Below, in pieces: positions 9,966-19,983 of a DNA stretch of 64,000 nt. A model generated the notes under the pieces. That model did not search any database. It had not been told where the DNA came from and was given only the letters and a program-made list of their open reading frames with translations. Position 1 is the stretch's first letter; each line of letters starts with the position of its first letter. The DNA is from Minisyncoccota bacterium (GTDB lineage Bacteria > Patescibacteriota > Minisyncoccia > Phycocordibacterales > SBAW01): assembly GCA_035510635.1 (NCBI GenBank), contig DATKGU010000010.1:2149-66148 (forward strand). The letters run 5' to 3'. A program made the position numbers and the translations under genes.

Positions 9966-11436
9966 CAGACTTAAGGGCAGCAATAGCAAGTGCCGTTAGC
10001 GGCACGTACATCAGCAACGCGAGCCAAAGCGGGAACGCGGCAAATGTGGCAAACCCAAACGGCAGCGCTTGCACCGTGTGCGCCACGAGTGTTACCCATT
10101 GCAAAAGCAGTGTTACCAAAAGCGCAGGCACAAACGCGAGCGCCGTGTTGATAAAACTCAAAACGCCGGTTAATAATCCGGCAATCATTACCAGCGGCAA
10201 AAGCGGCAACACCAATAAGTTGGCCGGTACGGAGAGAAGCGAGAGGTTGCCGGTAAAGTACAAAAGCGCGGGCAGTGCAAAAATTTGCACGGCAATGGTC
10301 GAGGTGATAATTGCGCGCATTTCAAAACGCTCCGGTATCCATCGCAACATTTTTTCGATGCTCGGCGCAAACACAATGAGCCCAAAGGTTGCGAGCACAC
10401 TCGTAAAAAATGATGCGTCACCTAAAATGAGCGGCGGGTTCCACAACACCATTGCTCCCGCCACAGCCGCTAAGCTCCGGAGTGCAAGTGCGGTGCGATG
10501 CATGTAGCGCGCCGTGAGCGCCACGAGCGCCATCATGCACGCGCGCACGGTGGTGGGAGCAGCTCCGGTCATCAGCACAAACAGCATCATGCAAAGCGCG
10601 GCACATACCATTTGGGAGCGGCGCGGCAAAAATTTGAGCGAGCGCAAGATCCCTTCCGACACTACCGACATGCTGTAGCCGGAGAGTATCACAATGTGTA
10701 TGAGCCCCGCCGCAACAAACGCGTCGGTCAAATCTTGCGGCAATCCGCGGCGCTCGCCAAGCATAATGCCTCCGAGAAGCAGCGCGTTTGGCGCGTTCAG
10801 TGTCCGTGCAACCGACGCATTAAACGCATGTTTAATTGAAAACAACACGCTGTAGAGCGAGAGTTTTGCAGGTGCAACTTGCTCAAGCTCGGCATCGCTG
10901 AGCAACATCGAGACGCCTTGCACCCGCAAATAATTTGGATAATCAAACGTGCTGCCGTTGTCGCCGACAAAACTTGCAGGAGCCGCAAGCGTACCACCAA
11001 GCGTTACCTCTTGCCCGTAAGCCGCACTTACATACGGAGGCAAAAATGCGAGCAGTGTGCCGCGCGCAGGGGCACCGTTGACCGACAACACGACCACATC
11101 AGCCTGCACATGCGCACCGCTTTGCACCGGGTCGTTTGCAATTGTTCCAACGACGGTTGCCTTACCTACAAATGTAGAGACAGTTTCTTGCGACTCTTTA
11201 TATAAAAACAAATCGCCGCGCACGGCACCGAGCACGAGGGCAATAAGCGCAATAGCAAAAAGTAAAAGCACGCGTTTGCGCATACAAGCTCCTGCAACAA
11301 TAAGAGCAAGCGCGGCAGCTATGCACATCAAAAGTGCGAGTGTGGGTATAGCAAAAACAAGCGCACAGCCAACGCCGCCCACCAAGCCGGCGGCCAACAC
11401 GTACAAAAAAGCGGCACTTGAATGTTCATCTTCCAC
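9955..11436 (-). CDS. comEC: ComEC/Rec2-family DNA internalisation channel protein (competence domain only)
   Basis: 493 aa polytopic membrane protein; FVAAGLIHIVILSGYSMSVV matches the ComEC competence-domain motif. Confidence 0.75.
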   Translation of the reverse strand: MEDEHSSAAFLYVLAAGLVGGVGCALVFAIPTLALLMCIAAALALIVAGACMRKRVLLLFAIALIALVLGAVRGDLFLYKESQETVSTFVGKATVVGTIANDPVQSGAHVQADVVVLSVNGAPARGTLLAFLPPYVSAAYGQEVTLGGTLAAPASFVGDNGSTFDYPNYLRVQGVSMLLSDAELEQVAPAKLSLYSVLFSIKHAFNASVARTLNAPNALLLGGIMLGERRGLPQDLTDAFVAAGLIHIVILSGYSMSVVSEGILRSLKFLPRRSQMVCAALCMMLFVLMTGAAPTTVRACMMALVALTARYMHRTALALRSLAAVAGAMVLWNPPLILGDASFFTSVLATFGLIVFAPSIEKMLRWIPERFEMRAIITSTIAVQIFALPALLYFTGNLSLLSVPANLLVLPLLPLVMIAGLLTGVLSFINTALAFVPALLVTLLLQWVTLVAHTVQALPFGFATFAAFPLWLALLMYVPLTALAIAALKSATK

Positions 11437-11467
11437 GCGGAAGTTGTACCAAAATTAAAGCACTTGT

Positions 11468-12193
11468 CTATTGATGCGCAGAAAACTCTTTGATGATGCC
11501 CGCTTCATCCTCCGGCGAGAGGGCTTTTTTGTAGCGGGCCGTTTTGCCTTTGACGCGTGCCTCGCACTCAGCCCATGTTTTATGTACTGCAATTTTTCCA
11601 TCCACTTTGCTTACGTAAGAATAGGCTTTTGCTTTTGAGCGCGCCTTTGACACAGATTTTTCTTTATGCAAACTCTCATCGCGCCCGAGGTTTGTTATGT
11701 CGATTTTGTATGCGCTGCGCGGGCCATTATATAACTCAACTTTTTTATGTTCTGCAAAGTCGGATGCAACAGTGTCGACGCGCTCGTTGCCCGCGACACC
11801 CACATGTCCGCCCACATAGCGCCACGTTATAGTGCCCACAATGTTTTGCACTGCGGCATCAAGCTGCATCCACAACTCTTTGTTTAATACTTGTTTTCTA
11901 TCTTTTGTTTTCCATCCGTTTTTTTTCCATCCCCCGACCCACTTGGTGATGCCGTTGACGACATAGGACGAGTCGGTGTGCACCGCCACGCGTGTGCCGG
12001 AGAGTTTGCTTGCATGTGCAACAGCCTCGGCCGCCGCGGTGAGCTCCATCTTGTTGTTGGTGGTGTGCGCCGAGTGGCCGCCAAGCTCAACCACAAGCGA
12101 GTGCGTTGCCACCAAAGCCCCCCACCCGCCCGGCCCCGGATTGCCCTTGGAAGCTCCATCGCAAAAAATAGTTATCTCGTGGTCTTCAGCCAT
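11468..12193 (-). CDS. rnhA: ribonuclease HI with a C-terminal hybrid-binding (HBD/Cauli_VI-like) domain
   Basis: N-terminal CDGASKGNPGPGGWGALV, ...MELTAA..., ...HVGVAGNERVD (RNase H DEDD); C-terminal AYSYVSKVDGKIAVHKTWAECEARVKGKTARYKKALSPEDEAGIIKEF resembles the RNase H1 HBD. Confidence 0.85.
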   Translation of the reverse strand: MAEDHEITIFCDGASKGNPGPGGWGALVATHSLVVELGGHSAHTTNNKMELTAAAEAVAHASKLSGTRVAVHTDSSYVVNGITKWVGGWKKNGWKTKDRKQVLNKELWMQLDAAVQNIVGTITWRYVGGHVGVAGNERVDTVASDFAEHKKVELYNGPRSAYKIDITNLGRDESLHKEKSVSKARSKAKAYSYVSKVDGKIAVHKTWAECEARVKGKTARYKKALSPEDEAGIIKEFSAHQ

Positions 12194-12201
12194 ACGTATA
12201 G

Positions 12202-13890
12202 TTATACAATATCAACGATGCGGATGCGCGGGTTTCCGCGCCAGTCGCGCTCGATGTGACCGACCACATCAACATGGTCGCCCACCACACATTGTTTTTG
12301 AAACGAGAGGGGCGTTGCAAAAAAAGCTATCGAGCCGGCGCGCGCGCCGTTTTGCTCAAGCGAAAGTTCGAGATGGTCGTTTGCTTTGCCAAACGTGCGT
12401 ATATTTTGTATCGCAACATGGCTAAACAAAAACAGCGGCCGCTCATTGCCAACACCAAATGGCGCGAGCCGCTCCAAACGCTTCAGCGCAAATGAAAGTT
12501 CGGCAAGCTCCGACTGCCTATCTACGATTATTTCTTTCGTCGTATCCTCCGTGTGCTCGGCACGCGCGTACGCATCATTAAGTTTTGCGGCAAGCTCGTG
12601 TACACGCTCCTCGGAGAGCGAAAATCCGCCCGATGCAAAGTGTCCGCCAAAGTGATCAAACAAATCGCCGGCCCCCCGAAGGGAAGTATTAGCAAGAGAC
12701 ATGAGCGAGACCACATTAATAACACCGTCGGAGCGACATGAGCCGCGGATTACTTCGCCGCCTTCCCTGCCCCACAAAAACACCGACTTGCCGTGCGTGC
12801 CGACAAGCGAGCTTGCCACCAAACCCAAAACGCCCGGACGCCACTTTGGGTTGCCCATCACAATAAGCGGACTCTCGCTTAAGTCGGAACCGAGCAAACG
12901 TTTGTTAACCTCTTTAACAATCACCGCAACCGCGCCTTTGCGCTCGTCGTTTATTTTGTTGAGCGTATATGCTACCTCCCTCGCCTCCTCGGCATTAGTT
13001 GTCGCAAGCAAACGTGCGGCAACACTCGGGCTGTCCATGCGCGATGCGGCGTTAATACGCGGACCAATCATAAAACCAATATCATCCTCGGTGAGCGTCT
13101 CAAGTTTGATACGGAGCAGTTTAAGCAAGGCTGCAAGACCCGGCCGCCGGCCTTTGCGCATAACGCGCAAACCAAAGTGCGCGAGCATTCTGTTTTCTCC
13201 CACCAGAGGAACCATGTCGCACAGTGTTGCGATGCCCACCAAATCCAAATACCATTTTTCCTGCCCTTCAGTAAAGCCCTCTGGGCGATTTTGTACCAGA
13301 AGTGCTTGCACGAGTTTCCATGCAACGCCCGCGCCGCACAAACCATCAAAAGGATAGTGCGAGTCGGGGCGTTTTGGATTGATTAATGCAAAAGCAGGAT
13401 GCGGCGCTTCATCCTGCACAATATGATGATCAGTCACAATCACCTCAATGCCTTTTGTTTTTGCATACACAATGTTTTCGTGCTCGGTTGTGCCGAGGTC
13501 GATAGTAATAATAAGAGTGACACCCTGCTCCGCGAGTGCGTCTATGCCTTCTTTATTTAATCCGTACCCTTCTGTATGCCGATGCGGTATGTAATGTGTC
13601 ACGGCAAGTTTGAGCTCGCGTAAAAAATCGGCAAGCATGACGCCGCCCGGTATGCCGTCGCAATCGTAGTCGCTCCACACCGCCACACGCTCGGCGTTTT
13701 TTTGTGCGGCAAGTATCCGCTCTACCGCCACTTCCATGTCGGCCAACAAAAAAGGGTCGTGCGAGCCGCTTTCATACTCGGGCGAGAGAAACAGCTCTGC
13801 CGCTTCCGCACCCACAACACCGCGTGCGAGCAGTAGGTCTTGCAAGAGGTCATCGTGTGCTCGCTCGCGCAGGCGGTACGTTTTTGTCAT
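12202..13890 (-). CDS. recJ: single-stranded-DNA-specific exonuclease RecJ
   Basis: 562 aa; DHH motif region ...VWSDYDCDGI..., ...ITIDLGT..., DHH ...VTDHH...; DHHA1 C-terminal region. Confidence 0.9.
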   Translation of the reverse strand: MTKTYRLRERAHDDLLQDLLLARGVVGAEAAELFLSPEYESGSHDPFLLADMEVAVERILAAQKNAERVAVWSDYDCDGIPGGVMLADFLRELKLAVTHYIPHRHTEGYGLNKEGIDALAEQGVTLIITIDLGTTEHENIVYAKTKGIEVIVTDHHIVQDEAPHPAFALINPKRPDSHYPFDGLCGAGVAWKLVQALLVQNRPEGFTEGQEKWYLDLVGIATLCDMVPLVGENRMLAHFGLRVMRKGRRPGLAALLKLLRIKLETLTEDDIGFMIGPRINAASRMDSPSVAARLLATTNAEEAREVAYTLNKINDERKGAVAVIVKEVNKRLLGSDLSESPLIVMGNPKWRPGVLGLVASSLVGTHGKSVFLWGREGGEVIRGSCRSDGVINVVSLMSLANTSLRGAGDLFDHFGGHFASGGFSLSEERVHELAAKLNDAYARAEHTEDTTKEIIVDRQSELAELSFALKRLERLAPFGVGNERPLFLFSHVAIQNIRTFGKANDHLELSLEQNGARAGSIAFFATPLSFQKQCVVGDHVDVVGHIERDWRGNPRIRIVDIV

Positions 13891-13913
13891 AAAAATCAGT
13901 ATACTAGAGTCAT

Positions 13914-14225
13914 ATGGAAAACTGCATTTTTTGTAAAATAGCCTCCGGCGAAGTGCCTACACGCAAGATACACCATGAGGGCGATACTATTGTTTCGTTT
14001 TTTGATATAAACCCCCAAGCGCCCGGCCACACGTTAGTGGTACCTGTTGCACATTACCACTGGTTTTTAGATATGCCGGAGAATGAGTCAGATCAACTTT
14101 TTCGGACGTGTAAAAAAATAGCCCGCGAACTTAAAAAAGAATACGGGACAGATTGTATAAAACTTAGGATCGACGGCAAAGATGTGCCGCACGTGCATGT
14201 GCATCTCATTCCACAAAAATTGTAA
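13914..14225 (+). CDS. HIT-family (histidine triad) hydrolase
   Basis: 103 aa; CIFCKI...GHTLVVP...HVHVHLIP histidine-triad motif. Confidence 0.85.
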   Translation: MENCIFCKIASGEVPTRKIHHEGDTIVSFFDINPQAPGHTLVVPVAHYHWFLDMPENESDQLFRTCKKIARELKKEYGTDCIKLRIDGKDVPHVHVHLIPQKL

Positions 14226-14237
14226 TCATCACAAAAT

Positions 14238-15215
14238 TTACCGGAGATCTTTAAGCACCTCAAGCCCCGGTAGCGTGCCGTCTGCCAAAAACTCGAGCGT
14301 GGCGCCGCCACCGGTTGATATAAAAACTTTTTCAGGATCGAAATGTACTTTCGCGAGCGCTTCATCGGTATCTCCCCCGCCAATGACTGCACGCACCCCG
14401 GCGTTTACGAGCGCCGCTGCTAAAGCATTGGTGCCGCCGCTATATTCACTTTTTTCATACATGCCCACCGGACCGTTCCATAATACAAACGCGGCTTTTT
14501 GAATCTCTGCCGCCCACGCTGCGCGCGTCTTTGGTCCGACATCAAACATGGGCCCTTCTGGGGGGACGCCGTCCTCTGGCAACAACACATTTGTTGCGCC
14601 GCCTTTGTACTCGTTGGCCAACGCGCCGCCCACCAACAGCTTGTCGTATATATTTGCCAACACTTCAATAAGCGGGAGTTTTGTTTCAAGTTTTGCGCCG
14701 CCGATGATTGCCAGCGACGGCTTTTGCGGCGCGAGTGCTTGGGAGAGCTGCTCTATCTCGCGCTCGACAAGCAGGCCGGCATATGCGGGAAGTAATTTTG
14801 CAACACCCACTATCGAGGCATGCGCTCGGTGTGAGGCCGCAAAGGCATCGTTCACAAAAATATCCGCTTTGGATGCGAGCTCTGCCGCAAACGCAGGGTC
14901 GTTGCTCTCTTCTCCCGGGTTAAAACGCAAGTTTTCGAGCATTTCGATATTGGTGGTGGTAACGAGCGTTTGCAAGTGAGCCAAAAGCGGCGCCGTGCGC
15001 AGCTCCTCAACCACTTTACCGTCGGGGCGGCCTAGGTGCGTGGCTAAAATAATTTTTGCAACGCCTTTGTCGCGCAAGAGCGTGATAGTGGGCAGCGTCG
15101 CGCGCATGCGCGAGTCGTCCACGATGATGCCGTTTTCGATCGGCACATTGTAGTCGACGCGCAAAAACACGCGTTTACCCGCCACATCCGCATCTTGTAC
15201 GCCTTTTACTTGCAT
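14238..15215 (-). CDS. pgk: phosphoglycerate kinase (compact, 325 aa)
   Basis: VFLRVDYNVP, ILATHLGRP and GGGDT-containing C-terminal region; about 70 aa shorter than typical PGK. Confidence 0.85.
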   Translation of the reverse strand: MQVKGVQDADVAGKRVFLRVDYNVPIENGIIVDDSRMRATLPTITLLRDKGVAKIILATHLGRPDGKVVEELRTAPLLAHLQTLVTTTNIEMLENLRFNPGEESNDPAFAAELASKADIFVNDAFAASHRAHASIVGVAKLLPAYAGLLVEREIEQLSQALAPQKPSLAIIGGAKLETKLPLIEVLANIYDKLLVGGALANEYKGGATNVLLPEDGVPPEGPMFDVGPKTRAAWAAEIQKAAFVLWNGPVGMYEKSEYSGGTNALAAALVNAGVRAVIGGGDTDEALAKVHFDPEKVFISTGGGATLEFLADGTLPGLEVLKDLR

Positions 15216-15991
15216 GACTTTAAAATCTCAACAAACGAATCAACCTCGGTGCTTGCGTGGCCAACTAAAAATCCGTTAACGTCGCTCTCTTCAATAAGCG
15301 AGCCCGCGTTGCTACGCTCTACCGAGCCGCCGTAGAGTATCGGAACTTTTAAAGCGGCGGTGCGCTCAAAATGTTCGGCCAATGTTTTTTTAATAAAAAT
15401 GCTCATCTCGCGCAGGTCGGATGGCTGCATCGCCTCGGCCGCACTTTTGCCTATCGCCCACACCGGCTCGTAGGCAATCACCAGTTTTGGCGTCGCGGAT
15501 GTTTTAGCTCCCACTTTGTTTGGAGGGAAACTTTTGAGCGCCTCGCGCAACTGCCCCGCCACCACTCCTAAGTAGGCACCGGCGGCGTCGCGCTCATGCT
15601 CGCCGATGCACAAAATTGGAGTAAGGCCTGCAACCGCCGCATGACCAAGTTGTGCGCGCACCATCTCGTCGGTCTCGCCCTGCGCGCGACGCTCGGAGTG
15701 GCCCACAATGCTGTAACTCGCGCCAAAACTTTTAACCATTTGCGCACCAACCTCGCCGGTGTGCGCGCCGGTTTCAAATACCGAGACACTCTGCGCGCTT
15801 GTTTTTATCGGAGAGTCTTTAAGTGCAAGCGAGACAAGCGGCAAAAGTGTAAAAGAGGGGGCAATCACGGCGTCGACGCCGGCAAAAACCCGCGCCTTGC
15901 GCCGCAAAGTGGTGGCAAACTTTTTTGCCTCCTCGGGAGTGCTGATATACATCTTCCAGTTGGCAACTACGAGACGGCGTTTGGCTGACAT
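15206..15991 (-). CDS. tpiA: triosephosphate isomerase
   Basis: 261 aa; VVANWKM..., ...GHSERR..., ...AYEPVWAIGKS... TIM signatures; 10-nt overlap with pgk. Confidence 0.9.
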   Translation of the reverse strand: MSAKRRLVVANWKMYISTPEEAKKFATTLRRKARVFAGVDAVIAPSFTLLPLVSLALKDSPIKTSAQSVSVFETGAHTGEVGAQMVKSFGASYSIVGHSERRAQGETDEMVRAQLGHAAVAGLTPILCIGEHERDAAGAYLGVVAGQLREALKSFPPNKVGAKTSATPKLVIAYEPVWAIGKSAAEAMQPSDLREMSIFIKKTLAEHFERTAALKVPILYGGSVERSNAGSLIEESDVNGFLVGHASTEVDSFVEILKSCK

Positions 15992-16072
15992 GACAAAACT
16001 ATACCACGCGCCGCGTTTGGGTAATAAAAAAGCCGCCCCTTCGTCGCGAGACGAAAGGGCGGTTGCAGAGAC

Positions 16073-16318
16073 TCAGGGACGCTTTGCCATTCGCTTGTCC
16101 ACTTGGGCCCAAAGCTCGGTAGTGCCGACTTCGGCCCAAGAGGCATTTTCTGGCAGGCCGTATTGCAGGGCCTGCTTTTTGCGACTGGCTTCATCGGCCG
16201 CGTGGTCTATTTCAGCCCACGTTGCATTGTTGGGTAACCCCAATTGAGCGGCCTGTTTTTGACGGAGCTTGTTGAGATTTTCGATACCAGTAGACATGGC
16301 TCGTCTGTCCTTTTTCAA
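16073..16318 (-). CDS. small hypothetical protein with an internal tandem repeat (GLPxNAxWAE(I/V)) ×2
   Basis: 81-aa ORF; two ~22-aa repeats are also visible as a ~45-bp tandem DNA repeat; the real start may be the internal MSTGIEN. Confidence 0.35.
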   Translation of the reverse strand: MKKDRRAMSTGIENLNKLRQKQAAQLGLPNNATWAEIDHAADEASRKKQALQYGLPENASWAEVGTTELWAQVDKRMAKRP

Positions 16319-16446
16319 ACCCAGCGTGCGAAATACACGCCCACGAGAACCCTCTAGGTGTAGATGGTATCACTTTAAATAAGTTTTGTCAATAGTTATC
16401 AAAGGTAGCACAAAACGCCTTGCAAAATAAGGCTTTTTGGGCACTT

Positions 16447-18057
16447 TCATTCGCTGGCGAGATTGACGGCCTCTTCTAAAGATATTAAGCCTTGGGCGGC
16501 TTTAAATAACGCTTCTTCGGCAAAGGTATGCATGCCTTCTTGCCTTGCAACCGCCTCAATGTCTTCCTCCCCCGCTTTTTGCAAGATTAATTCTTTAAGC
16601 ACAGGAGTTATCGCGAGCACCTCTTGTACGCCAACATATCCTTTGCCGGTCTCCGATTTGTAAAAAACAACATCTTTCCATGCGGTATGCTCGTGCACTT
16701 GGCTCTCTTCTTTAAGCGCCGCGAGTACGCGGCCAAAGTCGGCCTTTTGTTCGAGCCGCGCGCCATCCTCGCGCGAAAGTTTTTCTCCCGGCCCTTTGTC
16801 GTCGCCAAGTTTGTGAGCAATCTGCACGCCGATTACGCCGAGCATGTTGGCGGAAATAAGCCGCGGCGGTATATCAAATGACAATAATTTTTCTATTCCC
16901 TGCGAAGCGTTTTTTGCATCGATTGCGGCAAACACCAAGATGCCGCGGTTGGCTGCTTCAAATGCCAGTTGTGCAACCTCGAGCAAATCAACACTACTAA
17001 TCATCAAAACATCCGGGTCGGTGCGGAGCGCCGCGCGTACACCGGCAATCATATGCAACCCCGCATCAGGGCGCGTGCGTGTTTGCGTTGCATACGGCAA
17101 GTGGTGCTCTATCTCCTCCTCTACCGTTACTATTGATGCACGACTTCCTTCGAGTTGGTCGAGCAGTGTGTAAAGTGCGGTTGTTTTGCCGCTCCCGCTT
17201 TTGCCTGCAACAAGCACGAGCCCCGAGCGCGCGTGGAGCATAGCGTGCACGCGCTCAAGCGCCGCGCCATGGAGGCCGAGCGCCGAGAGTGTAAAGCCGC
17301 GATGTCCTGCACGCTCTGCCGAGAGCCGCAGCGTGAGCTTTTCGCCATCCACGCCCGGCACATTGGCAACGCTCACCAACACCGCACTGCCCTCTTCCGC
17401 AGATTTTTCAATTTTATATTTGCCTTCCTGCGCCACTGCGATAGGAAAAAGTTTTGCCGCCGACTTGATACCTTGTACCAGTGCAGCGCCGGCCTCGGCG
17501 CCAAGATGCATTGCCTCATGGAGTGCGCCTTGTATGCGATAGCGCACGCGTGTGCCTCGTGGCGACACCTCAATATGCACATGCGATGCATGGCTTAGAG
17601 CCGCGTGCAGTACAAGTGCATCGGCACTCCCCGCTTGGAGCTCGCTGCCAAACTTTTCTTTTAGATGTTTTTGATACATCTGCAATGCGCGCGTGATAGA
17701 GGCTTGGTCGGTCATGCGTGCGTGCACTTTTAAGTGCGGCTGTAAAAAGGCAATATGTTCAAGTGCCGCAATGTCGAGCATGGCCACCTCCACAGCTCCA
17801 TCGTGCGCGCGATATGCCACCACGTTGTGCGTGCGCGAGACAGGCTCGGGAATGAGCATGAGCGCCTCAGGCACGATGTCGTCGCGCTCCAGCAATATAA
17901 AAGGAATGCCCGCCGCCTTAGCGCGAGCGCGACGCATCTCGTCATCGCTCAAAAACTCCGCCCCTAACCACCCTGCAGCCTTTTGCATTCTTCTATTATA
18001 TATGACAAAACCATATTTCCTTGACTTTTGGGGTTTATAAGAGTACATTTTGAGCAT
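16447..18057 (-). CDS. GspE/PilB-family secretion or type IV pilus assembly ATPase
   Basis: 536 aa; Walker A GKSGSGKTT, Asp/His boxes, N-terminal GSPII_E-like domain. Confidence 0.85.
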   Translation of the reverse strand: MLKMYSYKPQKSRKYGFVIYNRRMQKAAGWLGAEFLSDDEMRRARAKAAGIPFILLERDDIVPEALMLIPEPVSRTHNVVAYRAHDGAVEVAMLDIAALEHIAFLQPHLKVHARMTDQASITRALQMYQKHLKEKFGSELQAGSADALVLHAALSHASHVHIEVSPRGTRVRYRIQGALHEAMHLGAEAGAALVQGIKSAAKLFPIAVAQEGKYKIEKSAEEGSAVLVSVANVPGVDGEKLTLRLSAERAGHRGFTLSALGLHGAALERVHAMLHARSGLVLVAGKSGSGKTTALYTLLDQLEGSRASIVTVEEEIEHHLPYATQTRTRPDAGLHMIAGVRAALRTDPDVLMISSVDLLEVAQLAFEAANRGILVFAAIDAKNASQGIEKLLSFDIPPRLISANMLGVIGVQIAHKLGDDKGPGEKLSREDGARLEQKADFGRVLAALKEESQVHEHTAWKDVVFYKSETGKGYVGVQEVLAITPVLKELILQKAGEEDIEAVARQEGMHTFAEEALFKAAQGLISLEEAVNLASE

Positions 18058-18183
18058 CTGGTAACTGCCCCGCGTGGGTGGTTTTTTTATTAGATACTAG
18101 CCACTAGGGTCTAGCCACTAGTAAAAACAGAGATTACATCCGATTACTAAACCCTAGTGGCGAAGAACTAATCCCTCATTTTT

Positions 18184-19362
18184 ATGTTTGACCTAAAAGT
18201 AATGAACAGCGTGCTCGGCGAGCTCGAGGAGGAGCGCGGCATACCGCGCGAGAAAGTAATCGAGGCCATCGAGGCCGCGCTTGCTACCGCTTACAAAAAA
18301 GAGTATGCAAAACGCGGACAAATTATCCGCGCGCATGTCGACCTCAATGCCGGCACCACCGAGTTTCAACAAATCAAAGAGGTTGTCGACGAAAGCTCCG
18401 TGCGTTTTGTCGATGAAGAGGAGGAGCCGGAGGAAGAGCGCCCGCGCAAACACTTCGCGGAAGAAATTAGCTCCGAAGAGGGTGAGCTTCCCCGTTTTAA
18501 CCCGGAGCAGCACATCGTGCTTGCCGACGCCAAGTTTATAAAGCGCGACGCCAAAGTGGGCGACGAGCTCGTCTTCCCTCTCGAGGTTAAAGAGGACTAC
18601 GGCCGCATCGCCGCACAAACCGCCAAGCAAGTCATCATCCAAAAAATCCGCGAGGCCGAGAAGGTCTCGGTAGTTGCCGAGTTTGGCAAGCGCCAGGGTG
18701 AGATTGTGAGCGGCACCGTGCAGCGCATGGAGCGCGGCAATATGTACATCGACCTCGGCCGCGCCACCGGCATCTTGCCGTACGACGAGCAAATCCCCGG
18801 CGAGCGCTATCGCCAAGGCGAGCGCATCCGCGGGCTTCTCTACCAAGTTGAGGAGTCGCCGCGCGGCATCTACTTGCGCCTCTCTAGAGCCAATCCTCAA
18901 TTTTTGGCAAAACTTTTTGAAATGGAAGTGCCAGAGGTCGCGCACGGCACCGTTACCTTTAAGGCAATCGCGCGCGAAGCAGGCAGCCGCTCTAAAGTGG
19001 CCGTCGCATCGAGCGACGCGCATGTTGACCCGGTCGGTTCTCTCGTCGGCCAGCGCGGCGTGCGTGTCTCCACCGTCACAAGCGAGCTCGGCGGCGAAAA
19101 AATCGACATCATCGAGTGGAACGACGACCCTAAGTCGTTTATCGAAGAGGCACTCTCCCCTGCACGCATCGCCTCAATCGAGCTCGACGAGGCCGAGCAC
19201 AAAGCAAATATTAAAGTAGCCGAAGACCAGCAAAGCCTCGCCATCGGACGCGGCGGTCAAAACGTGCGCCTCGCCGCAAAGCTCACTGGCTGGCGCATTG
19301 ACATCCAAGCAATGGGCGGCACCAAGGTCGCCGAGACGCAAGCTTCAGAAGTTGTCGAGTAA
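18184..19362 (+). CDS. nusA: transcription termination/antitermination factor NusA
   Basis: 392 aa; N-terminal domain plus S1 and two KH domains (…GxxGxxV… ×2). Confidence 0.93.
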   Translation: MFDLKVMNSVLGELEEERGIPREKVIEAIEAALATAYKKEYAKRGQIIRAHVDLNAGTTEFQQIKEVVDESSVRFVDEEEEPEEERPRKHFAEEISSEEGELPRFNPEQHIVLADAKFIKRDAKVGDELVFPLEVKEDYGRIAAQTAKQVIIQKIREAEKVSVVAEFGKRQGEIVSGTVQRMERGNMYIDLGRATGILPYDEQIPGERYRQGERIRGLLYQVEESPRGIYLRLSRANPQFLAKLFEMEVPEVAHGTVTFKAIAREAGSRSKVAVASSDAHVDPVGSLVGQRGVRVSTVTSELGGEKIDIIEWNDDPKSFIEEALSPARIASIELDEAEHKANIKVAEDQQSLAIGRGGQNVRLAAKLTGWRIDIQAMGGTKVAETQASEVVE

Positions 19363-19395
19363 AAATTAAAAAATAATTGTGCTAGTCTAATTGAT

Positions 19396-19983
19396 ATGGC
19401 AAACATTAATCAAAAACCAAGCAAGTACATGCTCAATCTCCTGCACGTGCTCCCGCCGTTTGAGAAAGAAGCAGAGGGCGTGGTTAACACCATTGTGGAG
19501 GTTTCGGCAGGCTCGATTAACAAATATGAGCTCATCACTGAAAGCGGCCAGCTTAAGCTCGACCGCGTGGGTTACTCATCGCTTGCCTATCCGTTTACCT
19601 ACGGCGCCATCCCGCAAACGTGGGACTTGGACAACGACCCGCTCGACATCATGATCGTCGACATCACCGAGCCGCTTGTGCCGGGCTCGGTTGCCGAGGT
19701 GCGCCTAATCGGCGCGATGAAGTTTGTCGACACCGGCGAGGTAGACGACAAAATAATCGGCGTACTCGCAGGCGACAAGCGTGTCGACCACATTAAGTCG
19801 GTTCAAGACCTTGGCGAGTATTTTATAAAAGAAACCAAGTACTATTGGGAAAACTACAAAGCGCTTAAAAAACCGGGAACCGGTGTTGTCGGCGAGTTTG
19901 TAAGTGCCGCAGAAGCCATAAAGATAGTTAAAGAAAGCGCAGAGCGTTACGAAAAAGACTACAAACCAAAATTGGCCGAGTAA
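19396..19983 (+). CDS. ppa: inorganic pyrophosphatase (family I)
   Basis: 195 aa; DPLDIMIVD, ...DDKIIGV... metal-binding Asp clusters. Confidence 0.9.
   Translation: MANINQKPSKYMLNLLHVLPPFEKEAEGVVNTIVEVSAGSINKYELITESGQLKLDRVGYSSLAYPFTYGAIPQTWDLDNDPLDIMIVDITEPLVPGSVAEVRLIGAMKFVDTGEVDDKIIGVLAGDKRVDHIKSVQDLGEYFIKETKYYWENYKALKKPGTGVVGEFVSAAEAIKIVKESAERYEKDYKPKLAE

Noticed and set aside
9300-9989. 229-aa ORF antisense to the SOD gene
   Set aside because: SOD on the plus strand is complete and strongly supported. The antisense frame has no motifs.
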